From Chiloscyllium plagiosum (Eukaryota): a stretch of 64,000 bases of DNA. This document shows, piece by piece, positions 40,284-54,200 of this stretch; the first letter of the stretch is position 1, and the number at the start of each line of letters is the position of its first letter. Where the stretch lies: contig NC_057749.1 in the NCBI RefSeq assembly GCF_004010195.1, positions 16,577,015 to 16,641,014 on the forward strand, in the 5' to 3' direction. A program made the translations under genes and the position numbers. Under the pieces are notes generated by a model that was not told where the DNA came from, did not search any database, and was given only the letters and a program-made list of their open reading frames with translations.

Positions 40284-40425
40284 GGAGTAAGTGTGGACTG
40301 CAGATGCTGGAGATCAGAGTTGAAAAGTATGGCATTCCTGATGAAGGGCTTATGCCTGAAATGTAGATTCTCCTGCTCTTCGGATGCTGCCTGACCTGCT
40401 GTGCTTTTCCAGCACCATACATTTT
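40284..40425. mobile_element. Penelope-derived mini insert (family A)
   Basis: attcctgatgaagggcttatgcctgaaatgtag; imperfect TSD ggttctagatgacaag / ggttctacttgacaag. Confidence 0.75.
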
Positions 40426-41039
40426 GGTTCTACTTGACAAGCCCAGTAACATTATCACTATGTCACTGCCTCCTGCAGAACAAAACTGTAACAAATGTAA
40501 ATTTATACAATGCTTTTCACATCTGTACCATCAAGAAGTACTTAAGACATATTGGAATATTTCTGAAGTGTCATCATCTATAGATTAGCAAAAACAGCAG
40601 CCATTTTACACAGTTAACTTCCATCATCATCAACAAGAATGACCAATTGACCTATCTATAGTGATGTTAGCTGATGGATAAATGTTGCCAAAGATACCAA
40701 GAGAACACTACTTTTATTTTCACATACATCTGAACAGGGAAGAATTAAATATCACATTTGACAGGCAGCAGCTATGATATACCTATTCCAGACACAAACA
40801 CCTTGAATAATCCTTACAGCATTTCCCATTTTTAATCTCTTAATTCAAGTGTGCAAATTTCATACACACTAACGATTGCATTTCAGATGGCATGTTGAAA
40901 TATTACAACATAGCTTTGTATTGCTACACTAGTCTCAATCTGTCTATAATGGACGCCCTCTCTCATTTATTACTTTATCAAAATTCAATTGAGACAAAAT
41001 ATGAAAGAACTCTTACTATAAATATTTCCATTAGCAGAC

Positions 41040-41860
41040 ACTTATCACTTCGATAATTCCGGCACCAAGTATATGCTTTCAAAGAGTTTCCAGTAAGTTC
41101 AATGAGAGTCTTTTTGTCTACTACCGATAATTATTACTTATTTTCATAAGCAGAGATATTGGTTTCAAGTTGTTAGGAACCACATCATCGCCCGACACCA
41201 CATCAGAATTTTGAACCAAAGCCTAGGACTGCATCAGGGAAAATAAAACGCTACAAACCTACACAGAGTTGCTTAGCCCTGCCTATTCCCATAACTTATT
41301 GTTGACTGGCTCACCGCTTTTAAAAAAATGTGAACAGAGTGTGAAGTTACCGGAAATGGATTCCCGAGAGTTGATTAGGAAACTCCTTCGTTACTCTGAA
41401 TTTCTCTTTTCCTCAGGTAATTGGCGAAATTGATATATTATTGGGGAAAATGGTCCGGTTTGAGAGTCGAAACCTTGTTCAAATACCAATATTAAAGTCC
41501 AAAGGCTGAAACTGATGAGGCAGCAGCTCGTGCGAGTTTCTCCCAAATTCCTGGGAATTATTCTTCTTCCTGCTCAGTTACATTATATAAATCCTTAAAC
41601 ACAAATATTTTATTCGGTATCCATCCCAATCTCCTCCAAAAAAAAACAAGTTCCCTTTTCAGTTTACCCTTTACTGTTCCTATTTATCCTTTCTATGTCG
41701 TACATCGGCTGTATCTCGGGGCTCTCTGTCTCAGTTTCCTTCCTCTCGACTGTAAAGTGTGAATTTCAAACCAACCTCGGTACGTCGGGCTTAACCCTGT
41801 ACATGCTGGACCAGTGTCAATTCATCGCTTTTAGAAAATGTTGCACGGATACCTTTAGAT
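41040..41860. promoter_or_regulatory. CpG-retaining island with STAT/ETS/IRF-like motifs (candidate promoter or enhancer)
   Basis: Visibly more CpG than the flanks; ttccagtaa 41088, ttcccataa 41286, ttaccggaa 41347, ttcctgggaa 41548; possible donor cag|gtaatt at 41416. Confidence 0.45.
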
Positions 41861-41979
41861 GATTTTAGAAGGGAAGATATATTGACAATCTGTCACAAAT
41901 TGGTATCAATTATTTTGAATTTTATTTTGGAAAAACTTTTTTTTTAAACATTGGCTTTCCAAAACTAATACTGACTAAT

Positions 41980-43016
41980 CGAGTGTAGAATACAAACTGG
42001 AGTCATGTGGTTCAGTCAGCGATGTCCTTACCTCTAGATCGGGAGGCCCAGCTCAATCGCACTCCGAAGGGACTCGCTGTACAAAGATCTGGGCAACAGG
42101 GGAAAAAATACACTCAATGCCACCCTCACCCTGATGGCCACCTTTGTGTGTGGCTGCATCAAGCTGTGCGTGGATCCCTGGTACGCAAACACCAAGTGTC
42201 ACTACGTACTGAGGTTCTACCTGTCTCCAGTGTTGCAAAGCTGCCACGGAATGCTCCGAATAGTTGGACCATTCCGTATCACCTGTCCTTCGTGGAGAAG
42301 TTTATGAAGAAAAACACCTTTGACCACAANNNNNNNNNNNNNNNNNNNNNNNNNNNNNNNNNNNNNNNNNNNNNNNNNNNNNNNNNNNNNNNNNNNNNNN
42401 NNNNNNNNNNNNNNNNNNNNNNNNNNAGTGGCTGCGGGGGGGAACGAGACTGTCACACACCTCCTACTGGAATGTGCCTACGCAGAAGAAGTCTGGAGAG
42501 GAATGCAGTGGCCTTTGTTGAGGTTCATCCCGAGCAGCGCCGTTACGCGGGACTCCGTGCTCTACGGCCTGTTCCCCGGGACGCACACCGAGACGAACAT
42601 CAACTGTGCCTGGAGGATCATCAACTCGGTGAAGGACGCTCTCTGGGCGGTCCGAAACCTGCTGATCTTCCAGCTGAACGAGTTGACTCCGACAGAGTGT
42701 TGCAGACTGGCACATTCCAAGGTCCAGGACTACATGTTGAGGGACGCGCTGAAGCTTGGGCAGCTGCTGCCAAGGCGCGGTGGGGAAAGACCACCGTGTA
42801 ACATCTGCCTGTCTGAGAAGAGCAGGGGGCCCACGCAGTCATTTGGGCTCCGCTGACGCCTCAGCTAAAAATGTAATCGTACAGACCTGTAAATAGGAAT
42901 GATTACTCTGTTTTCGGTATGCAAACAAATGGAATGTTTACATATGTATGGTATGTCCAGTTGTATAGATCATCAAAGTATTTATGAATAAAGTATATTT
43001 TTGAAATAAAAAAAAC
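41980..43016 (+). mobile_element. L1/Tx1-clade LINE 3' end
   Basis: CG.GNETVTHLLLECAYAEEVW zinc-knuckle region, GC-rich, aataaa then A-tail at ~43007-43016; internal gap. Confidence 0.85.
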
Positions 43017-43049
43017 CTGCCTGAGAGACGTGATAAAACATGTCAGAGG

Positions 43050-43330
43050 CCAAAAAAACCCTGCAGATACTGGAATCCAAAGTAGAAAAGCAGGAGGTTG
43101 GAAGAAGTTAGCAAGCCAGGCAGCATCAGGAGGTAGAGAAATCAATGAAGGGCTTTTGCCCGAAAAGTCGATTTTCCTGCTCCGAGGATGCTGCCTGACC
43201 TGTTGTGCTTTTCCAGCACCACTCTAATCTAGACTCTAATCTCCAGCATCTGCAGTATTCACTTTTGCCTAATGGCAAACCCTTGTTGACCTGAAGCTTG
43301 CTGTGTTCTTCCAACCTCCTGCTGGTCTAC
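43050..43330. mobile_element. Composite or nested Penelope-derived terminal units (family A)
   Basis: tgaagggcttttgcccgaaaagtcgatt...catctgcag with inverted flanking segments. Confidence 0.7.
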
Positions 43331-43839
43331 TTAAAACATCTCAGAGCACATTCATCAAAACTAAATGAGTGCATAGATAATAACTGCAAGTGTAGACTGG
43401 ACAGGAGAAGAATATGTGTGTTATAATAATTAGGGCTAGTTCAGGAAGGATCATACTAGTTTGGAGCAGAAAGAGGCCATTCGGCAGTTGGAACTTGCTC
43501 TGCCATTGAATGAAATCATGGCTGGCCTGACTGTGTCACAACTCCATACTCCACCCAACCAATAACCTTTGACTCCCTTTGAAAAAAAACTTAAGTCATT
43601 CATGAGATGACATCCCAAATTGCCCAGAAGGCAGTTAAGAGTCAACCACCTTGTTGTGGGTCTGGGGTCACATGTAGGCCAGGCTGGGTAAGAATGGCAG
43701 TTTCCTTCCTGAAAAGATATTAGCAAACTGGATGTTCTTTGTCTCAACAATCAACTCATAGTCATAGTCATTGTTAGACTCTTAATTCCAGATTTTTATT
43801 GAATTTAAATTCTACTATGGAAGGATTTAAACCTGGGTC

Positions 43840-44165
43840 CCACTCTGCTGAGGACGTGGAGGTCCTGGGCCTCCTTCACCGCCACTCCCTCACCACCAGA
43901 CGCCTGGAGGAAGAACGCCTCATCTTCCACCTCGGAACACTTCAACCCCAGACCATCTATGTGGACTTCAACAGTTTCCTCATTTCCCCTTCCCCTTCCA
44001 AACTTCGAGCTCAGCACTGTCCCCATGACTTGTCCTACCAGCCTATCTTCTTTTCCACCTATCCACTCCACCCTCCTCCCTGACCTATCACCTTCAAAAT
44101 GTCGATTTTACTGCTCCTCGGATGCTGCCTGAACTGCTGTGCTCTTCCAGCACTACTAATCCAGG
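43840..44165 (+). mobile_element. Penelope-like (Neptune type) 3' fragment
   Basis: VLGLLH..SLTTRRLEEERLIFHLGTLQP = C-terminus of the GIY-YIG region; homologous to 48380-48500. Confidence 0.8.
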
Positions 44166-47104
44166 ATCTCTAGTTTAACAGCCCAGTGATAATACCATTA
44201 GGCCACCACCTCCCCAAATTAGCATCAGTGAATTAACTATCTCCCATTGCTTTAAAAATATTCAGTGCACCCCACTCTCACTGCTCTCAGAAGATGAGAG
44301 TTCACTACAGATTCTGAGAGAAAAAAAATGTACAATCCTCATCTCTCAGGTGAGATATCCTTACTACTAAACTGTGTTCCCTTGTTCTACTTACGACAGA
44401 CTCCTCTGTTCATTAGAGGGACACAAATTATTTCTATCAGTGTCAGGAGCACCATGGCAACTTGTACTGTGCCTGTGACAAACAAACAACAGGAATTACA
44501 TGAGAAACTCAGCACATCTGGTAGTGTCTGTGGAGAGAGAAATGGAGTTAACATGGTGTGTCCAATGACTCCTAGTGTCATAGAGTCATAGAGATGTACA
44601 GCATAGAAACAGACCCTTCAGTCCAAACCGTCCAGATATCCCAACCCAATCTAGTCCCACCTGCCAGCACCCGGCCCATATCCCTCCAAATCCTTCCTAT
44701 TCATATATCTATCCAAATGCCTCTTCCACCACTTCCTCTGGCAGCTCATTCCATACACGTACCACCCTCTGCGTGAAAACGTTGCCCTATGGGTCTCTTT
44801 TATATCTTTCCATTCTTGAGAATTAATAGCAATGGGAAAAGATGGTATTTATGCTAATGATGGGTGAGGGCAGGGGTGAGCAGATAGGTAGAAACTGTGT
44901 TCAGAAAGAGAAAACAGGAAGGCAGATAAATTTGATATAAGCCAGGGAGGAAGAGAAAGTTTGCTGAGCTGGAAGCAACCACATTTCATCATGGACCTGG
45001 AGTGTGGGGATGGGTATTGGAAAGGAAGGAGGTGTTCATGCTCTAAACTTGTTAAACTCGATGTTGGGCCTTGAAGGCTGTAAGACCCTTAAGCAGAAAA
45101 TGAGATGCTGCTCCTCCAATTAGCAATGAGCCTTGCTGGAGCAATGCAGCAGGCCTGAGACGGAAATGTTGGCAATAGGAACATGGTGGTGTATTGAAGT
45201 GGCAGCAAACTGGAAGCAACAGGTTATTTTTGTGGACAAAATGTAGGTGTTCTGCAAAGCAGTCACCTAGTCTGTGTTTCAGTTCCCCAGTGTAGAAGAG
45301 ACTGCATTATGAACAGTGAATACAATGGACTAGATTGAGTGAAGTGCTGGTAAATCACCGTTTCACCTGAAAAGTGTATCTGGGACCTTGGATAGTGAGG
45401 AGGTTATCGAGCAGCATAGTGAGGAAAGAGATCAATCTGAGACTGGTACAGTTGAGAAAAGAAGAGAGTCAAGCAGTCAGGGCAGTCAGGGACAAAGCAG
45501 AGATCAAGATAGGACTGATAAATTAAACTGCACTTATTTCAACGCAAGAGGCCTAACAGGGAATGTAGATGAACTCAGGGCAAAGTTAGGAACATGGGAC
45601 TGGGATTTCATAACAATTCCAGAAATGTGGCTCAGGACTGGCAGCTTAATGTTCCAGGATACAAATGCTACAGGAAGGATAGAAAGGGGGGGGCAAGAGA
45701 GGAGGGGGAGTGGCATTTTTGATAAGGGATAGCATTACAGCTGTACTTAGGGAGGATATTCCTGGAAATACATCCAGGGAAGTTATTTGGGTGGAACTGA
45801 GAAATAAAAAAAGGATGATCACCTTATTGGGATTTTATTATAGACCTCCAAATAGTCAGAGTGAAATTGAGAAACAAGCTTGTAAGGAGATCTCAGCTAT
45901 CTGTAAGAATAATAGAGTGGTTATGGTAGGGGATTAAAACTTTCCAAACATTGACTGGGACTGCCATAGTGTTAAGGATTTGATGGAGAGGAATTTGTTA
46001 AGTGTGTACAAGAAATTCTTTTGATTCAGTATGTGGATGTACAAAATTTGACCTACTCTTGGAAAATAAGGCATGGCAAGTGATTCAGGTGTCAGTGGGG
46101 GAGCACTTTGGGGCCAGCAACCAGAATTCTATTAGTTTTAAAATAGTGATGGAGAAGGATAGACCAGATCTAAATGTTGAAGTTCTAAATTAGAGGAAGG
46201 CTAATTTTGATGGTGTTAGCCAACATTGGGGGCAAATGTCCACAGGTAAAGGGACAGCTAGAAAATGAGAAGCCTTCAAAAATGAGATAGAGAGTGCAGA
46301 GACAGTATATTCCTGTTAAGGTGAAAGGCTGGTAAATGGAGGGAATGCTGGATGACTAGAGAAATTGAGGGTTTCGTTCAGAAAAAGGAGGAAGCATATG
46401 TCGGGTATAACAGGATAGATCAAGTGAATCCTTAGAAGAGTATGAAGGCAGTAGGAGTATACTTAAGAAGGAAATCAGGAAGGCAAATAGGGGACATGAG
46501 TTAGCTTTGCCACAAGGGTTAAGGAGAATCAAAAGAGTTTTTTTATAAATACATTAAGGACAAAAGGGTAATTCAGGAGAGAATAGGGCCTCTCAAAGAT
46601 CAGCAAGGCAGCCTTTATGTGGAGCCGCAGGAGATGGGGGAGATACTAAATGAGTATTTTGCATCAGTGTTTACTGTGGAGAAGACATGGAAGATACAGA
46701 ATAGATGGTGACATCTTGAAAAATGTCCATATTACAGAGGAAGAAGTGTTGGATTTCTTGAAATGCATAAAGGTGGATAAATCCCCTGATCAGGTGTACA
46801 CTAGAACTCTGTGGGAAGCTAGGAAAGTGATTGCTGGGTCCCTTGCTAAGATATTTGTATCATCGATAGTCACAGGTGAGGTGTCGGAAGACTGGAGGTT
46901 GGCTAACTTGGTCCCACTGTTTAAGAAAGATCGTAAGGACAAGCCAGGGAACTATACACCAGTGATCCTGACGTCAGTGGTGGGCAAGTTGTTGGAGGGA
47001 ATCCTGAGGGACAGGATTTACATGTATCTGGAAAGGCAAAGACGGATTAGGTATAGTCAACATAGCTATGTGTGTGGGAAATCATGTCTCATGAACTTGA
47101 TTAT

Positions 47105-47417
47105 GATTAGATTAGATTCCCTGCAGTGTGGAAACAGGCCCTTCGGCCCGACCAGTTCACACCGACCCTCCGAAGAGTAACAAACCCAGACCCATTTCCC
47201 TCTGACTGATGCACCTAACACTATGGGCAATTTAGCATGGCCAATTCACCTGACCTGCACATCTTTGGACTGTGGGAGGAAACCGGAGCACCCAGAGGAA
47301 ACCCACGCAGACACAGGGAGAATGTGCAAACTCCACACAGACGGTCACCCAAGGCTGGAATTGAACCTGGGACCCTAGTGCTGTGAGGCAGCAGTGCTAA
47401 CCACTGAGCCACCATGC
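47105..47417 (-). mobile_element. HE1-type V-SINE inside CR1
   Basis: Reverse-complement homolog of 13042-13370. Confidence 0.9.
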
Positions 47418-48027
47418 CACCCATGTTTTTTAAAGAAGTAACAAAGAGGATTGATGAGGGCAGAGTGGTGGACGTAATCCATATGGACTTCAGTAAGGGA
47501 TTCAACAAGGTTCCCCATGGGAAACTGGTTAGCAAGGTTAGATCTCATGGAATACAGGGAGAACTAGTCATTTGGATACAGAACTGGCTCGAAGGTAGAA
47601 GACAGAGGGTGGTGGTGGAGGGTTGTTTTTCAGACTGGAGGCCTGTGACCAGTGGAGTGCCACAAGGATTGGTGCTGGGTCCACTACTTTTCATCATTTA
47701 TATAAATGATTTGGAATGTGAACGTACGAGGTATAGTTACTAAGTTTGCAGGTGACACCAAAATTGGAGGTGTAGTGGACAGCGAAGAAGGTTACCTCAG
47801 ATTACAAGGGGATCTTGATCTGATGGTCCAATGGGCTGAGGAATGGCAGATGGAGTTTAATTTAGATAAATATGTGAATTACTACATTTTGGGAAAGCAA
47901 ATCTTAGCAGGACTTATGCACTTAATGGTAAGGTCCTTGGGAATGTTGCTGAACAAAGAGACCTTGAAATGCAGGTTCATAGCTCTTTGAAAGTAGAGTC
48001 ACAGGTCGATAGGATAGTGAAGAAGAT

Positions 48028-49178
48028 AGGTAAAAACAAGGACTGCAGATGCTGGAAACCAGATTCTAGACTAGAGTAGTGCTGGAAAAGCACAGCAGTT
48101 TAGGCAGCATCCGAGGAAAGGAAAATCGACGTTTCGGGCAAAACCCCTTCATCAGGAATAGAGGCAGAGTGCCTGCAGGGTGGAGAGATAAATGAGAGGA
48201 GGGTGGGGTGGGGAGAAAGTAGCATAGAGTACAATAAGTGAATGGGGTAGGGATGGAGGTGATAGGTCAGAGAGGAGGGTGGAGTGGATAGGTGGGAAGG
48301 AAGATTGACAGGTAGGACAAGTCATGGGGACAGTGCTGAGCTGGAAGTTTGGAACTGGGGTGAGGTGGGAGAAGGGGAAATGAGGAAACTGGAGAAGTCC
48401 ACATTGATGCCCTGGGGTTGAAGTGTTCCGAGGCGGAAGATGAGGTGTCAGGTGGTGAGGGAGCGGCGGTGAAGGAGGCCCAGGACCTCCATGTCCTCAG
48501 CAGACTGGGAAGGGGAATTGAAATGTTGAGCCACAGGGCAGTATGGTCGATTGGTGTGGGTGTCCCAGAGATCTTCCCTAAAGCGCTCTGCTAGGAGACA
48601 TCCAGTCTCCCCGATGTAGAGGAGACCGCATCGGGAGCAACGGATACAATAAATGATATTGGTGGATGTGCAGGTAAAACTTTGATGGATGTGGAAGGCT
48701 CCTTTGGGGCCTTGGATGGAGGTGAGGGAGGAGGTGTGGGTGCAGGTTTTGCAATTCCTTGCAGGGGAAGGTGCCAGGATGGGAGGGTGGGTTGTAGGGG
48801 GGGCGTGGACCTGACCAGGTAGTCATGGAGAGAATAGTCTTTGCAGAAGGTGGAAAGGGGTGGGGAGGGAAATATACCCTAGTGGTGGGGTCCGTTTGGA
48901 GGTGGTGGAAATGTCGTCGGATGATTTGGTTTATGATAAGGTTGGTAGGGTGAAAGGTGAGCACCAGGGGCTTTCTGTCCTTGTTACGTTTGGAGGGGTG
49001 GGGTCTGAGGGTGGAGTTTTGGGATGTGGACGAGATGCATTGGAGGGCATCTTTAACCTCCTCTCATTTACCTCTCCACCTTGCAGACACTCTGCCTCTA
49101 TTCCTGATGAAGGGCTTTTGCCCGAAATGTCGATTTTCCTGCTCCTCGGCTGCTGTGCTTTTCCAGCACACTCTAATC
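48028..49178 (-). mobile_element. Penelope-like element (Neptune type), 5'-truncated, with inverted terminal repeat
   Basis: FTCTSTNIIYCIRCSRCGLLYIGETGCLLAERFRE (GIY-YIG); 49057-49180 is an inverted copy of ~48068-48203; imperfect TSD tagtgaagaag / tagtgaaaag. Confidence 0.92.
48128..48155 (-). ncRNA. Minimal type I hammerhead ribozyme core
   Basis: Minus strand reads CUGAUGA-AGGGGUUUUGCCC-GAAAC-GUC. Confidence 0.7.
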
Positions 49179-50583
49179 TAGTGAAAAGGTGTTTGGTATG
49201 TTTTCCTTTATTGGTCAGAGTATTGAGTATAGGAGTTGGGAGGTCATATTGCAGATGTACAGGATGTTGATTAGGCCACTTTGGAATATTGCATGCAATT
49301 CTGGTCTCCTTCCAATCGGAAGGATGTTGTAAAACTTGAAAGTGTTCAGAAAAGATTTACAAGGATGTTGCCAGGATTGGAGGATTTGAGCTATGGGGAG
49401 AGGTTGAATAGGCTAGGGCTGTTTTCCCTGGAGCATCAGAGGCTGAGAAAAGACCTTATAAAGGTTTATAAAATCAGGAGGGGCATGGGTGGAATAAACA
49501 GACAAGGTCTTTTCCCTGGGGTGGAAAAGTCCAGAACTAGAGGGCATAGGTTTAGGGCGAGAGGGGTAAGATATAAAAAAAACCTAAGGGGCAACGTTTT
49601 CATGCAGAGGGTGGTGCATGTATGGAATGAGCTGCCAGAGGAATTTGTGGAGGCTGGTACAATTGCAACATTTAAAAGGCATCTGGATGGGTATATGAAT
49701 AGGAAGGGTTTGGAGGGATATGGGCCGGGTGCTGAAAGCGGGACTAGATTATGTTGAGATATCTGGTCAGTATGGACGAGTTGGACCGAAGGGTCTGTTT
49801 CTATGCTATGCATCTCTATGACTCTATGACCCTAAATGACTTTAGTACAGGAAACAGGCTGTGAGCAAAAGCAGACCAACCAGTGTTAATTGCGAACATT
49901 TTCAAGTGCTAATACTGTGAGTTAGTTTGCGAGTCAAGATTGCTGTGTGGGAAATCAACGGGAGCTTTGCATCAATGCACTGATGTAGCTCTGCACTTTC
50001 ACTGCCCAGATTAGTGGTGGAAGGGTAAGAGAGAAGTATGGTTGTGAATATGTTTGTTGCAACTGGGGACACAATGTTGCTCCACACTTAAAGAAAGGGA
50101 CAGAAGTGTATTGCAAGTAACAAAATGGAAATGTGACTGGAGATAGCTCTTGGATGGGGCGGGGCTGGGTACAATGTGAGGATACTATTCTGTGTCTAAT
50201 CTGAGATGACAGTAAATACTTGGCATTGACTGAAGACATCAAGGTCAGGGAAACCCACAAGGTTAACATCAAGTTCATCCGTCATCCCATGGACAAAACA
50301 GACTGGACCTCAGCCATTTTTAAAATTCAGTTGGGGGTCAATTGAAGCAGTGATAAAAGTTATTCATACAAGTGGCTGTTCAGCCATAAACCATCCAAAC
50401 ATGCAGTCAAGGGAGGGTGGAGAAGCGATCTTTGAAGTTTTAGAGACAGACAATGAGGTGAAGAGGTTTAAAGAAGTGAATTTCAGACAATTGTGCTTTC
50501 TGGTTTCAAGCTCTGTCATTGGTGAAATGAGAGGAAAAGGCCAGAGGACATAGAGCAGAAGCAACTGAGCTAGGCTGTTGTGT

Positions 50584-51222
50584 TGTTATGGATCAGGCCA
50601 GACTCACTCAAAACATTTCAACAAAGTAGCCAGGATCTTAACTTTGATGGTTGTTTTAAGCAGGTAAGCAGTGGATATTCCTGAAGAGATCCAGCTGGTC
50701 AAACCATTTAGTTTTAAGTAAAACTGAATTTATTTACAAGATTATTGAATGAAACACAAACAAAAGAGAACAGAATACCGAATAACAGCCTATCCAAAAA
50801 CTCAACAGATCATCCCAACTTAATGCTGTTCCCAATACTTGCAACAATCCCCATAAACACCCCTTGGCACAAAAGGTAAAATCAAACCCAGGGCCTTACA
50901 GGAGAGATGTCAGAAAGAGAGAGGACCAACATGGCCCTGCTTCTTCGGGTCCAACAGCTTCAAAGCTAAAAGAGAAAAGCTAAAGCAACCCAAACCAAAC
51001 CAGACCAGAGAAAAGCAAAGCTGGGAGAACAGTCCACTCCCCTTTCATTGTACAAGTGTTTCTTTTTAAACTGGAAAGCCTTTTGCCTGAGGAAATATCT
51101 GTTAGCTATAATCAAACTGGTCCTAAAACCCTTCAACTTAGACTTTTTGAAGTCTGTGTCTTTTACGACCTCTGGAAGAAACCAAGGAAATATAACCTTG
51201 TTAAAGGAGCAGCATCTTCACA
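50584..51222 (-). mobile_element. Solo LTR (Gypsy-like)
   Basis: TGTTATG...TTCACA ends, flanks gtgt / gggt (imperfect 4 bp TSD), AATAAA on the minus strand near 50730. Confidence 0.55.
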
Positions 51223-54200
51223 GGGTTAAGAGCCACCAAATGCTTAGCTTCATCAATCATGTCCCAGGCTCAGACTCAGAATTGGTCAATGATACTGCTC
51301 ATTTGTTATTCCCTTCTCAGACCAGTCTATGGTTAAACCAAGCAAACCTTAAAAATTGCACCTAGCCTTCCACCGTGGGTATTATGTAGGTTCAAGGATG
51401 CAGTGCAGGCACTGAGTGGGAGGAGGGAGTCTTGACAGCTTTGTATTGTTAGCCATAACCAGTTCCATTAACCTGAAAACCAAATCCATAAATATGAGAG
51501 ATTTTCACCAATCCTCCATGCAGCTAATTTTGGAGAAAAATGTTAATCACAGATTATAAGAATGTGGAACGCATTGCCACAACAACTGGTTGAGATAAAT
51601 AGCTGAGTTGCTTTTAAGAAAAGTCTAGATTTTATGAAAGGGAACCACGGAATGGCAAGATATGATGATAGGATTAGAAGCAGAGTGGTGGAAAAGGTTC
51701 GTACCGAGCAAATCTACAATTTGTTACACCAAAAGCCCTGTTTCTCTGTTGTAAAATCTATGTAGTTCTCTGTGTGAAACTAGGCTGGTGGAATTGAATC
51801 TAACATTCACTATAAGAAGTTTACAGGCCATTTCTGTCTGTGATTTCTCTCATCCACATTTCCAGAGATTGAACGAGAAAGCTTTGCAGCAACTAGTCCT
51901 TGCTTTCTGCAGGATAACTGAGCTAGGAAACTCTCCTACTTATACCACTTGCCATCAGGTGTGCGAGTAGGACTTATACGCTGATACATCAACTTGTTTG
52001 GCCACTTTATGAATGTATCTTCAACAAATAAGTCCTAGCATAGGACTCAACCAAGAGATTCTGGTCCAGATGTAGGGGCACTACCACTGCACCAACAAAT
52101 CTCCCACAAAGGTCACTTCTAATGCCAAATAAAACTGTTTCAAGTTTCAGAGGACTGCATAAGAATTTCCAGCTTCCCACTGACATCATGTACCAGGGAA
52201 ATTCAATGAGCTTCTCATTCCCTAGTTCCCATATCTTGGTAAAACAGTTTAATATTCAGCATCCCAGGTAAAAGGTCAAGACTGATAGAAGAGCATGTGA
52301 AAGTTTCAAGGAAGTGTGAAGACATGTCAAATCAGAATCTAGCTGGTCAGAAAAACACAATCTTGTTGAGGAGGGAAGACTATAGAAGGTGATTTTTAAA
52401 GCTGGGATAAGTGTGCGAGTATGGGATCCCAGCAGATAATAAAGGGAAGTTGTTTTTTAAAGCAGTGATTTGGGGACACAGCAAGGAGAGATTCCAAGTC
52501 AAGTGTTGTCAAAATTCTTCAGCTGGATAATCATATTGTGAGAACAGTGATGTTGATAATGCTCAAATTCCAAACTGGACAGATGTATTGCTGAGTCTAC
52601 ACAACCTGTCTGAGTCCAGCAGACATTGAGTGTTTCCTTCTGGATTATACAACAAATCAATTTCCTAAATTATTGTCTTTCATTATGACACAACAGATAA
52701 TCTTCTGACTCAGATTCAAGGGTGTTACCAACTGAGCTAAGCTCACATGTCAGTATAATTTAATAAACTGATCAGATTTAGAAATATACTTCATCGAGGC
52801 ACAATTTCCTCATTCCTGTTGAACATGCCAACATTAATAGGACTGGTATGAGCTAACAATTCTCTAGAACAACAGAAAGTTGGCAAGGCTCCCTCCTCCC
52901 ACACAATGCGTGCTCTGCACACTTGAAACTATATGATGTCCACTTCAGCTGGCTTTTTGCACCCAGGGCAATCTTCAAACACAGGAAACCTTCTTGTCTG
53001 TCCATCAAAATTATAGCCAAGCCTTACTGGTAATAGAGCAGCTTTATTTAAATCTGAGAAACCTGACAGGAAAAGTCCACAGGATATGGCAAAAGGGAGA
53101 CACAGGAGATAGTGTGTGAGATAAAACCAGAAAATATTGGAAGTCCTCAGCAGCTCATGAAACATTTGTTGTGGGAGAAACCAAGTTAGTGTTTCAAGTT
53201 GATGACTTTTCAAATGAAGTGGGGAAAATTAGAAATATACCAGTTTTAAACCATCTTAAAACTGGAATAGTGAAGGATTGAAAAAGAACAGAAAGGACAA
53301 TTTATCATAGGGTGGAAGATAGGAAAATCAGATGACAAGAGTTGCTAGCTTAAAGCCAAAATTACTATTCATCAGATGAGAAACAGAAGATGCGCATACT
53401 GGAGCCACCCAAAAGTGAAAGGAAGAGAAAAATGAGTAATGCTGAAACAAGCAGCATAAGGAAATAAAATGAGAGTAGAATACAATGTTGAATCTAGAAG
53501 GCTGTAAAATACTGAACTGAAAGTGAAGTGTTGTTCATTGGAACATTGTAGGATGCCAAGACAGAGAGTTCAGCATGAGAGCATGGTGGAAAGTTTAAAA
53601 AAATTCATCCATGGGCTGAGGGCATCACTAGCTAGGCTAACATTTATTGCCCATCCCAGAAAGCAGTTACAGGTCAACCACATTGCTGTGGATCTGGAGT
53701 CACATGTAGGCCAGACCAGGTAAGGATGGCAGTTTCCTTCCCTAAATGATATTTGTGAACCAGATGGGTTTTTCCAACAGTGGATTCATGGTCAGCATTA
53801 GACTCTTAATTCCAGATTTTTTCATTAAATTCAAATTTTACCATCTGCTGTGGCAGGATTCGAACCTGGGTCCACAGAATATTTCCTGGGTCTCTGTATT
53901 AACAGGCCATTGCCTCCCCCTCTCCCAAGACTGCGTACTTGGGATTATGTTTGCAAACCAAATAGAGGTGTTTCACAAAGTGAGCTCTCAATCTACATTT
54001 ATCTCCTGAACGTATAACAAACTGTTATGAGCAGCAAATGTGGTTACAAATGCATGGAAACCATTGCATGGTGAGGAGAGGAAGTAAAAATGAAAATGCT
54101 GCATCTCTTGTTCTTGTTCTTGCGTGGCATGGGGTGAATGGGAAAGGGAGGTGTACAGGTAACTGATGAGTGAACTTGGAATGGTAAAAGGGCACATGGT

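Larger units (their letters stand above)
45380..49830 (+). mobile_element. Near full-length degenerate CR1 ORF2 with two nested inserts
   Basis: LNCTYFNARGL, GFYYRPP (EN); [42 protein letters not shown] (RT); tail ctctatgactctatga. Confidence 0.95.

Noticed and set aside
42007..42801. 264 aa ORF as a host gene
   Set aside because: Off-frame reading across a gap of the L1/Tx1 element.
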